From the NCBI RefSeq assembly GCF_004010195.1, contig NC_057726.1:61492794-61556793 (forward strand): a stretch of DNA of 64,000 nucleotides. The letters run 5' to 3'. Below, in pieces: positions 25,730 through 37,514 of this stretch. The notes under the pieces are model-generated. The model was given only the letters and a program-made list of their open reading frames with translations, was not told where the DNA came from and ran no database searches. Source of the stretch: Chiloscyllium plagiosum. Its lineage: Eukaryota. The translations under genes and the position numbers were made by a program. Numbering within the stretch: position 1 is the stretch's first letter; every line of letters starts with the position of its first letter.

Positions 25730-26938
25730 CTTAAAGGAGAAAATAAAAATTTAATGGAATATCTCCTCATTTGACTACATCCGTGATGCTGTTACATTCA
25801 TAGCGTGACAATACTTATACTCATTATCGTTTAATTTTAAAATTGAAGTTTTCTATCCCCACAACAAAATAGCAGGAACATGCGAAACGATAAGCAAAGA
25901 GCTTGAATCTCCCAGGACTGGTAACACGAAGGAAGACAGACACAATGTTCGGAAAGAGATCCTGGAACGGGATTGGGTTTAGCAGCAGTCGGACCTCTGA
26001 GCAAATGTTTCGAAGACAGTATACCTCAGTGTGCTGCTGAATCCTTTCTCCCCTTAGCGCGGTAGGGAAGGTTTGCGGTACTGAACATTTTGTCTCGCAA
26101 ATTTCCCTAAAGCATATCCTGAAGAAGAGTCAAATCAAATTTCGAACGTTAACTCTATATCTCTCCGCAAATGCTGCCACATCCATTGGGATTTTTGTTG
26201 TTGACTTCCTCCTTTACACCTCACCCCTGCACCTTATCATTATTTTTTAGGTAGGGATAGCCATGACTGCCCCGGAGTCTCCTGCAGTGCATTCCAGATC
26301 CTTAGAAAACTTTGCTGAAAGACTTTGCTGACTGTTTTGGAAATTATCTTAAATTTGTATCCTCTGTTTGTTCTCCACCCATGGGAACAGCTTATCAGGT
26401 TTATACCGTCCTTAGCCTTGTTAATTACTGATCAGTGTGAAGTTCATAACATCCGCAAAGATGCAGAATCCAAGACGGAAAATTCCATTTCTGAGCGCAC
26501 GTCTTACAAAATTCCAGAGTTTTTGTACTTCCCTACATGACCCAGGAGATGTTAGAATTGTTCCCATTGTCGCACATCAACATGGTTACTTTGGAGAGAA
26601 GGGACAAATGCCTACTTAACTCATTGATTCATTCCAAACCAAAATTTAAACTTCTATTCTATGTCGTTATCTTCGTTTGTGAAGAATTATAAGTGAACAA
26701 AAATAACTGTTTGGAGATAAAACCCTTTCAAATATCAGGAGAGAAAACGAGTTAAATTGATCTTAAACTAAAGTACTCAAATAGCGAGAGTGAACCGGTT
26801 GCTGTTTAACACGAACTCAATGACAAAGAAACACAACTCAATTTAAAAGCAATTCGAAGAATCTTCACTTAGCGATAAAAAAATTGCACGTGTCTAATAA
26901 AACTGAAAAGCAGCCTATCCCGGTACAAGGATCCTTAC

Positions 26939-27244
26939 CGTAAACAGTCAGCTGTGTGCCACCTCCATCGTCAATCCACCTTCGCCGGTGCTTTACCTCA
27001 CAGAAATACACTCCGGCGTCAGCAAAACTGGCGTTTAGGATCTTAAAAGAACTTGTTCCCTTGATTGTATTGATTCGCTTTCTGCTGTCTGGCTCCAGAA
27101 ACGATTCCTCACCCCGTCTCCGCCAATAAACATCAGGAGTTTCTTCAAAGATAGGAAACATGCAGAACATGGAAACATTCCCACCTCTGGTGACGCTCAA
27201 CAACTTCGGGAACTGTTTCACTTTTCTCAAAGTTACTTCAGCCG
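26939..27244 (-). CDS. Receptor copy B, Ig VJ-type domain exon
   Basis: 306 bp, splice sites intact. 2 nt differences from copy A, both non-synonymous (K>E, N>I). Confidence 0.9.
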
Positions 27245-27960
27245 CTATCAGAAAAGAAAGAGTCACGATAATATTTGCAAACGAACATACACCACACGAA
27301 GTAAGATTAGGCCTTTCAGCCTCTTAAACCTGCTCGGCTAGTCAATAATTCTGTTCTGACTGCAGCTTCGACTCCGCTTTCCCGCGTATCCCTGAGAACC
27401 TTTCAACTCGTTGCTTGATGAGAATACGACAGACATAGGGAAAAAAGGACTTCGCGAATTAAAATGCAAGAACTGTTGAAAACTCTAGCAAAGTGGAGCA
27501 GCACAGTGTTTAATTGTACAACGCAGAGCTATTGCACCATCCTCTAAAAAGAATGCAAAAGATTTGGCGTAGGAGCATGTCGTAATGAAACGTACCTGTC
27601 CAAATTATGCCAAGGAGAGTCATATACGGTACTATAACTGTCACCAACATATTTTAGATTTTTAAAAACGTCGTTGGTTTGTTGTTGTAGATGTGGATAG
27701 TGTACTGAATGGTTTGGTAGGAAAATTATATCAAACCGATTACCATGATCTAAGATGTCACATGACAAGTGTTGCGTCCCAGATGTCTAGGAACTGGGAG
27801 GTTCCCTGATCACTACAGGTTGAGCAGATTCTATCTAATGGCAAAGTCTTGCTGACACTACCAGCTTTTCCATAATTTATCAACAACAATGTTCGTACCT
27901 TGGCTCAGTCTGAAAATAATTGTTCAGGTCGGAGGCATGGCCATGTCTCCAGTATCTCAC

Positions 27961-28015
27961 CTCCATGCAGGGCAGTGAGAGTGAGAAAATATTTAGCCTG
28001 GGCCTGAAAGTCCAT
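27961..28015 (-). CDS. Receptor copy B, leader exon MDFQAQAKYFLTLTALHG(A)
   Basis: 55 coding bp, donor GAG/gtgaga, phase 1. Homologous to 19937-19991. Confidence 0.75.
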
Positions 28016-28354
28016 TACAATCTGAAGCAGAAATCACTGGAATAACAATTAAAATTAATAAATCTGCTCAATTCCCGTTCTCCCGTCCAGGACTGTCGAT
28101 GATAATATTAGTTTTACTCACGTTAGATGTGAAATTCCAGACCACTGTTCACTTGGTTCGCAGTTGCAGTTATTGATCTAACAGCCTGAAAGGCAGCAAA
28201 TAGTATTCACGGGCTTTTTGTTGGGCATTTCCAAATGAAACTGCGCGGAGAAGCAGAATAAAGAGACCACCATTTTGCTGAGAGCAATTAAAAGAAAGGA
28301 TAACAATGGAAGTGGGAACAAAGGCGGAAATTGCTGGAGAAACTGAAGGTCTGA

Positions 28355-29705
28355 GTTTAGATCAGAGTGGTGCTGGAAAAGCACAGCAGGTCAGGCATCA
28401 TCCGAAGAGCAGGAAAATCGATATTTCAGGCAAGCGCCTTTAATCAGGAATAGAGGCAGGAAGCCTGCTGGGTGGAGAGATAAATCAGAGGGGTGGGGAG
28501 AAAGTAGGATACAGTACAATAGGTGAATGGGGGTGGGGATGGAGGGAATAGATCAGAGAGGAGAGTGGAGTGGATAGGTGGGAAGGAAGATAGGNNNNNN
28601 NNNNNNNNNNNNNNNNNNNNNNNNNNNNNNNNNNNNNNNNNNNNNNNNNNNNNNNNNNNNNNNNNNNNNNNNNNNNNNNNNNNNNNNNNNNNNNNNNNNN
28701 NNNNNNNNNNNNNNNNNNNNNNNNNNNNNNNNNNNNNNNNNNNNNNNNNNNNNNNNNNNNNNNNNNNNNNNNNNNNNNNNNNNNNNNNNNNNNNNNNNNN
28801 NNNNNNNNNNNNNNNNNNNNNNNNNNNNNNNNNNNNNNNNNNNNNNNNNNNNNNNNNNNNNNNNNNNNNNNNNNNNNNNNNNNNNNNNNNNNNNNNNNNN
28901 NNNNNNNNNNNNNNNNNNNNNNNNNNNNNNNNNNNNNNNNNNNNNNNNNNNNNNNNNNNNNNNNNNNNNNNNNNNNNNNNNNNNNNNNNNNNNNNNNNNN
29001 NNNNNNNNNNNNNNNNNNNNNNNNNNNNNNNNNNNNNNNNNNNNNNNNNNNNNNNNNNNNNNNNNNNNNNNNNNNNNNNNNNNNNNNNNNNNNNNNNNNN
29101 NNNNNNNNNNNNNNNNNNNNNNNNNNNNNNNNNNNNNNNNNNNNNNNNNNNNNNNNNNNNNNNNNNNNNNNNNNNNNNNNNNNNNNNNNNNNNNNNNNNN
29201 NNNNNNNNNNNNNNNNNNNNNNNNNNNNNNNNNNNNNNNNNNNNNNNNNNNNNNNNNNNNNNNNNNNNNNNNNNNNNNNNNNNNNNNNNNNNNNNNNNNN
29301 NNNNNNNNNNNNNNNNNNNNNNNNNNNNNNNNNNNNNNNNNNNNNNNNNNNNNNNNNNNNNNNNNNNNNNNNNNNNNNNNNNNNNNNNNNNNNNNNNNNN
29401 NNNNNNNNNNNNNNNNNNNNNNNNNNNNNNNNNNNNNNNNNNNNNNNNNNNNNNNNNNNNNNNNNNNNNNNNNNNNNNNNNNNNNNNNNNNNNNNNNNNN
29501 NNNNNNNNNNNNNNNNNNNNNNNNNNNNNNNNNNNNNNNNNNCAATTTATCTCTCCACCCTGGAGGCTTCCAGCCTCTATTCCTGGTGAAGACCTTTTGC
29601 CCGAAACGTCGATTTTCCTGCTCCGCGGATGCTGCCTGACCTGCTGTGCTTTTCCAGCACCACTCTGATCTAAACTCTGGTTTCCAGATTCGGCAGTCCT
29701 CACTT
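28355..29705. mobile_element. Penelope-like element ends in inverted orientation on either side of the gap
   Basis: gtttagatcagagtggtgctggaaaagcacagcaggtcaggca at 28355 is the reverse complement of about 29633-29675. It interrupts the sequence homologous to copy A position ~20330. Confidence 0.7.
28595..29542. other. Assembly gap (948 N)
   Basis: Run of N. Confidence 1.
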
Positions 29706-30778
29706 TTTCCTACAGTACTCAAGGTTATGAGCAATGTCTGATATTTTTATCCCCGAACCAATAACAGCCAGCATTATTTTCTATATCTCTGGTTGTATTT
29801 TATAATTTAAAAATGATGATCTGATTGAAGTCTTTAAAGGTATTAATAAGAAAAGACAGGGTAGGTAAAGATAAACCATTTCCACTGATTGCGGAATTTG
29901 GAATTGGGGGGCAGAGTCTGAGGATTAGAGCTAGACTATTCAGGAGAGATGTTAGGAATGACTTTTACACACAAAGGGTGAAGTGAGGTTTGGAACTCAC
30001 TCCACAAATAGTAGCGGATCCTAAACCAGTTGTAAATTTTCAATCCGCAATCGATACATTTTTGTGAAGCGGAAGTATTAAGATGGCCCAGTGGTTAGCA
30101 CAGTAGCCTCACAGCGCCAGGGATATGTCATTGTTATCTCCGATCTTCTTGCAACAGTAAAACGTGAGTAATTCCATTATTTCAAATTTCTCTCACAATT
30201 TCATGTTGAGGAGGATTAGTGAAAACTGCATCTCTATGGGAAGCACAAATGCAGAAGCCCTGATACCTGAACTAATTGACTACACAGTGTTGGATTAAAC
30301 TACGCTCAGGATAATTCTTGAGTAACAACATAAATACAAGTTCAGGCTTTTGTGAGGTGTATGACAACGCAGTGAATTTGAAACGATTCAATTCTGAAGA
30401 AGTGACATTGCAGTGACAGCATGACCATGTAGAATGAACATCAGCCTCAAATTGCCCCCACCTCACTCCGCAATAAACCCCTGTAACTGGTCAACTGTGC
30501 GCCATATATACCAATCAGTTATCTTCACAAGCGTATTTCATGAAAAAGAAGTCTGAAGAAGTTCGTGATATTTATCCCTGGAGCAAAGTTGCAGCTCCAC
30601 AAAGCCGGGCTGTGAAGTTGTTTGAGATGTGCCTCGCCGAACCTGCTGCAACCATTATGGGGTCTGGCAACCTCCTGAAGTAAACGCGAAAAACGTGTGC
30701 TCCAGAACGTGAAATTGCCCCAGCCAAGCCGTTTCAGCGAACCTACATCAGTGGCATCGACCAAATAACGTGTAAGAT

Positions 30779-30995
30779 AGAGTCGAAAAGGGTGGCGCGA
30801 GGAAAGTACAGGTCAGGCAGCGTCGAGGAGCAGGAGAATTGACGATTCGGGCGTAAGTCCTTCGTCACGCATTCCTGATGGACGGCCTATGCTCGAAACG
30901 TCGACTCTCCTGCTCCTCAGATGCTGCCTGACCTACTGTACTTTTCCAAAGCCACACTTTTCGACTCTGACTCTCCAGCATCTGCAGTCCTCACT
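30779..30995. mobile_element. Short palindromic PLE-derived element
   Basis: About 30779-30868 is an imperfect reverse complement of about 30874-30968. Absent at the paralogous site (~59350). Confidence 0.65.
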
Positions 30996-32254
30996 TTTGT
31001 TTTTCCAAATCGTAGGGTAGCCCATGTAAATGCACAGTCAACAAAAAAGCAGGAGATATTGAATTTGAGCAATTTACGTTCCATAAGCCTATCCCTTATC
31101 TTCAGCAGAGACCTGAAAGGTGTAATCTACAATGCAATGAAGCGAAACTTGTACAACAATAATCTGCTCAAAACAAAAATCAATTTGAGCAGGTCTGGCA
31201 ACATGGAGAAAGCGGAGCTGACATTTCGGGTTCAGAACGTCAACTTTGCTTTCTCTCCACAGATGTTGTCAGACTTGTTGAGTTTTTTCCCCGAGCAATT
31301 TTTGTTTTTGTTTCTGATTTCCAACATTCCCAGTTATTTGTGTTTTTCTTGAATCTGCTCATTGTGATGTTTCTGTTGTGAGACTTCACTGCTAGGAACA
31401 TGAGAATATTGGCGGCACGATTAAAGTGTTTCATTTGTTGTAAAGAGGATTGGAATCTCAAGAGGTCATGAAATAAGCCACATAAATACATTTTTGGTCT
31501 GCAGGGTCACTGGACGCGAAACGGTAACTCTGTTTTCTCACCATAAATGGATTTTTGGTTTCCATTCACTAGTTGACCAATGTTATTTCCAGTCTACAAT
31601 AAGGACTTCTCTCAGTTCAATTGTATAATTTACTGTGTTGGATGACCTTACGCACAATGAGAACTTGCTGGATGTTTGAGAAGACAGTAAAGGCGTGATC
31701 GATACACAGAATGGCGTCTCTCCGTAATTTATAGAGATTGCCGTCTCTCTCACGCTCCCCTAAATAAGACATTCTAAGACAAAGAGCTGCACATTTCTAA
31801 AGTTAGTTATGTACAGCGTCCAAATATAGGCGATGTCAACACGATTGGTTCGGATTTCATTTATTTTTCAGAGTTAGCGCACTGGGACATTGCCAAACAT
31901 AAAACTCCAGAACGTGTTTTAAAGAAGCTTGTTTGGCAGTTGCGAGACTTGATACAGCGTACATTTTTAAAATTACGCTCTTTTAAACTAAAACGAAAAT
32001 AAAACTACAAGGACTGCTAAAATTGCACGTCCTGAGACGGGCTCAAAATCCAACCACGAGCGTTTCCATTCGCTTCAACTGTAAGGAACCTTTTATTTAA
32101 AAATAAATATGTTGTGGGTGTTAAAACTTGAGCTGTGATGAACTCTCGGCCGAAACATAAATCGAAGATAGGCGCCTGGGTCGTCAGCAATCTCCATTAA
32201 CGTAGAATGCGTCACAAATAAGATTAACCTTTAGGAAGGGAACAAGTGGAAACG

Positions 32255-33956
32255 GAGGCACTCCCACACAAAAGCAGAACCACACGGACACGAGCGTTCG
32301 GCAAGTCACATCAATATGGCGCCTGCAACGTAGTAGAATATCAAGGTGATTGGCAGGGAACATTAGAGATTGAAGAATTTTTCGGTGAAAACACCTTGGT
32401 CAGAGAGGCAGGTTTTAAAAGAGGAGACAAAAACAGACTTGATTCGGTATGAACTTCTAAAGATTAGGACCTGTGTAGTCCAGGAAATGGTGAAATGCAA
32501 GAAATTGGACTTAGACAAGAGATAAGAATTGGAGCAGAGGCGGTGTCCTGGATTGGAGGGATTTAAAATATTAAAGAGAATTTCAAACGTAAGACGTATT
32601 AAGGCAATGTGGCTCAACGAATATGGAACAACGAATGAATTGTTCTTGAGATGAGTTATATGTAGATACACTTTAGCCTGCCCAAAAAAATATCAAAATA
32701 TAGACGCATACTTAAAACCGGCGCGCAAGCTGACTTGGTGCTGTGCACATATTCACACACGTACATGAAAAGGGGGCATTGGTGACGTGAAAATGGGAAT
32801 GGAGCGGACGCTACATTTCCCGTCTCATACAACTTCGCTGTTTTCCCAACACTCTTCCGTTTATTTCACGTCATGGCCTTCTGCAACATTTTGGTAATTC
32901 CGGTTGCTACCCCAGCACAGCGGCTTAACTAAATTGACAAATTATTTTATCGGTAATGGCAACACTGGGTTCTCTTCATTGGAAAGATTGTTACCTCCTA
33001 CCTTTGCCACATTACCTGTATTCATCCCACCTCAATCCATTAAATTCCATTATGAGCGCTTGGAAATTAATGGAATCAATAAACAAAAAAAAGACTGTTT
33101 ACAAAGTGAGGCACTCCCACACATAAGCAGAACCACACGGACACGAGCGTTCGGCAAGTCACATCAATATGGCGCCTGCAACGTAGTAGAATATCAAGGT
33201 GATTGGCAGGGAACATTAGAGATTGAAGAATTTTTCGGTGAAAACACCTTGGTCAGAGAGGCAGGTTTTAAAAGAGGAGACAAAAACAGACTTGATTCGG
33301 TATGAACTTCTAAAGATTAGGACCTGTGTAGTCCAGGAAATGGTGAAATGCAAGAAATTGGACTTAGACAAGAGATAAGAATTGGAGCAGAGGCGGTGTC
33401 CTGGATTGGAGGGATTTAAAATATTAAAGAGAATTTCAAACGTAAGACGTATTAAGGCAATGTGGCTCAACGAATATGGAACAACGAATGAATTGTTCTT
33501 GAGATGAGTTATATGTAGATACACTTTAGCCTGCCCAAAAAAATATCAAAATATAGACGCATACTTAAAACCGGCGCGCAAGCTGACTTGGTGCTATGCA
33601 CATATTGACACACATACATGAAAAGGGGGCATTGGTGACGTGCAAAATGGGAATGGAGCGGACGCTACATTTCCCGTCTCATACAATTTCGCTGTTTTCC
33701 CAACACTCTTCCGTTTATTTCACGTCATTGGCAACATTTTGGTAATTCCGGTTGCTACCCCAGCACAGCGGCTTAACTAAATTGACAAATTATTTTATCG
33801 GTAATGGCAACACTGGGTTCTCTTCATTGGAAAGATTGTTACCTCCTACCTTTGCCACATTACCTGTATTCATCCCAACTCAATCCATTAAATTCCATTA
33901 TGAGCGCTTGGAAATTAATGGAATCAATAAACAAAAAAAAAGACTGTTTACAAAGT
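32255..33956 (+). repeat. Near-identical tandem duplication, unit ~853 bp
   Basis: gaggcactcccacac starts at 32255 and 33108. Identical spurious ORFs 853 bp apart (32363 and 33216). Both units end in gactgtttacaaagt. Confidence 0.95.
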
Positions 33957-34574
33957 TACACCACCAAACAAGCTACACTTTAACCGTTTTCACCAAATGT
34001 AGTCCTTGCAGCACGGCCATCCTCCAATTCACAGAAAATGTATTCCTTTCCAAACTTTGCTGCCCATTGGCTATCCAAGTCGTGCTCACCCAGCTCCCAA
34101 TCCTCGTTTACCTGCAAATGTTTCTTCTGGTTATTGGCTCAAATTTAAGATTCCGATTTTCTCTTGGCCTTGTTATTCCCTACCTCAGTACCAGTTCAGT
34201 CAATGATTCCACCCGCTATTCTCCTATCTGTGGAATATTGTATACTGCCAGTTCTTTGCCATCATTGCCTAGATTCTATGCTCCAAAATTCCCTCCAAAG
34301 TCTCTGCTACACCATCTTCCTTTTCACTCAGAATTCTTATTTAATCCACCACAAGAATTGATTTTTCACTCCTCTCTTCCTCTGCATTTTGTGACAGGGT
34401 GTGGTTTTGTTTACTCCTCAGGAGACACTACTGCGTGTTTGTGTTTCAAACGCTTTTTATAAACGTAAGTTGCATAAGATCACTTTCTTACTTTTCTAGT
34501 TCTGATGAAGCCCAATGACTGAACCGTTGATTTACTTTTTCTTGGCAAATGTTAGTCAGCCCATTGTATGATCA

Positions 34575-35075
34575 GGTCATAGTCATAGAGTCATAGAGAT
34601 GCACAGCACGGAAGGAGACCCTTCGGTCCTACTTGTCCATGCCGACCAGATATCCCAACCCAATCTAGTCCCACCTGTCAGCACCCGGCCCATATCCCTC
34701 CAAACCCTTCCTATTCTCATACCCATCCACCTTTTAAATGTTGGAACTGTACTAGCCGTCACCACTTCCACTGGCAGCTCAGTCCATACACGTACCACCC
34801 TTAATTCTTTTTTATATCTTTCCCCTCTCACCCTAAACCTATGCCCTCTAGTTCTGGACTCCCCCACTCCAGAGAAGAGACATTATCTATTTATCCTATC
34901 CATGCCCCTCATGATTTTACATACCTCTATAAGGTCACCCCTCAGGTTCCGACGATCCAGGGAAAACAGACCCAACCTACTCAACCTCTCCCCAGAGCTC
35001 AAAACCTCCAACCCTGTCAACATCCCTGTAAATCTTTTCTGAACCCTTTCAAGTTTCACCAAGGAGACCAGAATT
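34575..35075 (-). mobile_element. CR1-clade LINE 3' end
   Basis: Peptide LERVQKRFTGMLTGLE...LFSLDRRNLRGDLIEV; tail catagagtcatagag. Confidence 0.85.
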
Positions 35076-35592
35076 GTTTTGTTTTCCACGACTGACGGTC
35101 ACATGCAACTTCCAGCACAAGCCGAGACTACTCAGCCCATCTGATATATTCTGGCATTTTTGTTCCTTACTACGAGCCATGTCTAATCCAATTTGCATAT
35201 CATTTTATTTATTTGTGTTTCGTTTGCATATTAAATTGTCTTTTCGATTTCGCTCTGAGTATTTATGTCTGTGTGCTCTAGTTTTGCATTCTATCCCAAG
35301 TGGAATCATTTTCTCTGGAATGATCCACCCTGTCATACCTCCTCATAATACCAATTAGATTGCTCAGGTCACCTGCAGGTTTTCATTCTTCTTTAAATTG
35401 GTTTGAGTGCCTGGTGGCAGGTCTCACTCCTGTCTAAGAACAAGGTTGGTGATTGTCTCACTTCCAGACGAGAGCAGCAATACCGATGTTGGCATTCCAG
35501 TACAGGATTGAACAAGTCCTGCTGTCCGAAGCACTACTTTTCGGATGCGATGTTTGAGCGAGTCGACATCCACCCTCTTGTGGTAACTTAAG

Positions 35593-35670
35593 GGATCCAA
35601 TGCCACTACTTTGAAGTAGAGCGAAGCAGTTGGATCCAATGCCACTACTTTGAAGTAGAGCGAAGCAGTT
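35593..35670 (+). repeat. 39-bp direct tandem duplication
   Basis: ggatccaatgccactactttgaagtagagcgaagcagtt occurs twice. Confidence 0.9.
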
Positions 35671-35715
35671 AACCCTACTGTCTTCATTCTTTATCAGTTA
35701 ATCAGCATCTATCTG

Positions 35716-35766
35716 ACACACGCAGACACACACACTCACGCACACAAGCGCGCGCGCACACACACG
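35716..35766. repeat. Imperfect (CA)n/(CG)n microsatellite
   Basis: acacacgcagacacacacactcacgcacacaagcgcgcgcgcacacacacg. Confidence 0.85.
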
Positions 35767-36442
35767 TAAACATACAGGAGCAACCGTTTACCTGGTCATC
35801 ATCGTATTGTTAATTTGGGAATTTTGCAGTGTGCGCGAATTGGCTGTGGTGTCTCGTACATCACCACTGTGACTAAACTTGAAAAGTTGGCTGTGGCCAC
35901 GTTGGGAAGTCCGGTGCATGTTAAAGGCGAGATATGACTATGTTTTTCTGTAACGAAATCAAGACAGATGACATCTTACTGTCAACTGATAAATTTGAAA
36001 ATTTCCTTTGGAGTTTTATTTGTCATGAAATATTGTGCGGCTTCTTTACTTCGACAAAGTTGGAAATCCTTCAAATGACTTCTTTGAATGTTAAAGCAGA
36101 CTGACCATTAGAGGTCGCTATTTCCTTGCGAGATAGCGTTGATCTGCAGATGGAACCGGTGGAAATGTACGCCATCTCTCGCCATTAGTTTCAAGTTGTA
36201 AATTGTGGTTACATGTTTTAAAAGCCAATAAATGAAGTTGACTTTGGAATCTGAAGAGTGAAAATTGGTGACTGTATGTCGCTCCGCTGAAAAATGATAA
36301 GCGCTGGAAAGTGATTTTAACTTTTAACTTGTCTCCGAAGCGCGCTTTTTACTAAAACCACAGTTCCAGTTTTCGCGTTGCCCTTAACCTTTCGGGGCAC
36401 ATTACGAAATTCATGCTAAAACCTTGCTGTTCTACACAGGAG

Positions 36443-36682
36443 AATTGACATTCACTCAATCTGGTCGATCTCCAGATGAACAGTTAAAATATGAAGGAGA
36501 ATGACACTACTTTGCAACAAAAAAAACCCCTAAAGAACTGTGGATGCTGGAAATCGGAAATAAATTGACATTCACTCAATCTGGTCGATCTCCAGATGAA
36601 CAGTTAAAATATGAAGGAGAATGACACTACTTTGCAACAAAAAAAACCCTAAAGAACTGTGGATGCTGGAAATCGGAAATAA
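36443..36682 (+). repeat. ~120-bp direct tandem duplication
   Basis: aattgacattcactcaatctgg...gctggaaatcggaaataa occurs twice; the unit includes the start of the adjacent short element (to ~36778). Confidence 0.9.
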
Positions 36683-37514
36683 GAACAGAAATTGTTGGAA
36701 AAACTCAGCAGGTGTAGCAGCATCTGTGGAGAATAAGCGAGTTAAGGTTTCGGATCTGATGATCCTTCCTCAGAACTGAAATTATTTTATGTTTGAAACG
36801 TAAATTATTATTTTAAAAAATTAAGTGAAATAAAATTTAGCCCGATTTGTAAAGGTATGTTGGAAACTAAAGTAACGAATGATGCTTGAACTTGAATTTC
36901 GCAGAATGTTTTGATATTTATAACTATGAATGTGTACACCAGTCTGCAAAAAGAACAATCTGCAGGTTATGAAACTTTAAAATGAAAGGCAATATTAAAT
37001 GTGTACAACGTGAGCTTGAAGATATCAACGTGGGATTAATTGTGATAATAAAGACACCTAATCAGGCATTTGTACAATTTTTGCAACGGCAATCCTAAAG
37101 CATCGAGCCCTAAATCCAATGTTAAATACAAGCCTAAACAGATTTACATTAATTCAATTAATTTAATCCTTAATTCTAAAATATCGTGTTAACTCCACCC
37201 TTAAAACTAAACTTTGTGGTTTCATTGGCACACATAGCAGGTTATCGTGTCAGGTATGTTGATGGCATCTTTACACAAATTGGACGAAGTCAGTAGTCAT
37301 TGACAGATGGCCAACCTCTTCTTGGCAACTATTTTGCAAAGTGATATTGTTTGAGAATTGTGAAACCGGAGCATTAAAGGATGTACCATATGATTATTTT
37401 TAGACATGACATTTGGTAAAAGCCTTGTCACTGAAAGGATCCCATGATTCTGAATGCATATTTACCAAAACCTTCTGCCATTAGGGTTTCTCCCCTGTCA
37501 CGTGTTGGTCTCTT

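Larger units (their letters stand above)
30150..33960. repeat. Upstream non-coding region of copy A/B, paralogous to the copy C upstream region ~58735-64000
   Basis: Collinear shared blocks: caacagtaaaa.gtgagtaattccattattt (30153/58732), aattgcccccacctcactcc (30450/59031), cggatttcatttatttttca (31851/62488), cttcattgg.aagattgtt (32974/63901). Confidence 0.85.

Noticed and set aside
21775-29734. Long ORFs of 232-441 aa in the track
   Set aside because: They are artefacts of translating through N gaps.
33752-34462. 236-aa plus-strand ORF
   Set aside because: Non-ATG start, begins inside the tandem duplication, no recognisable domain or splice context.
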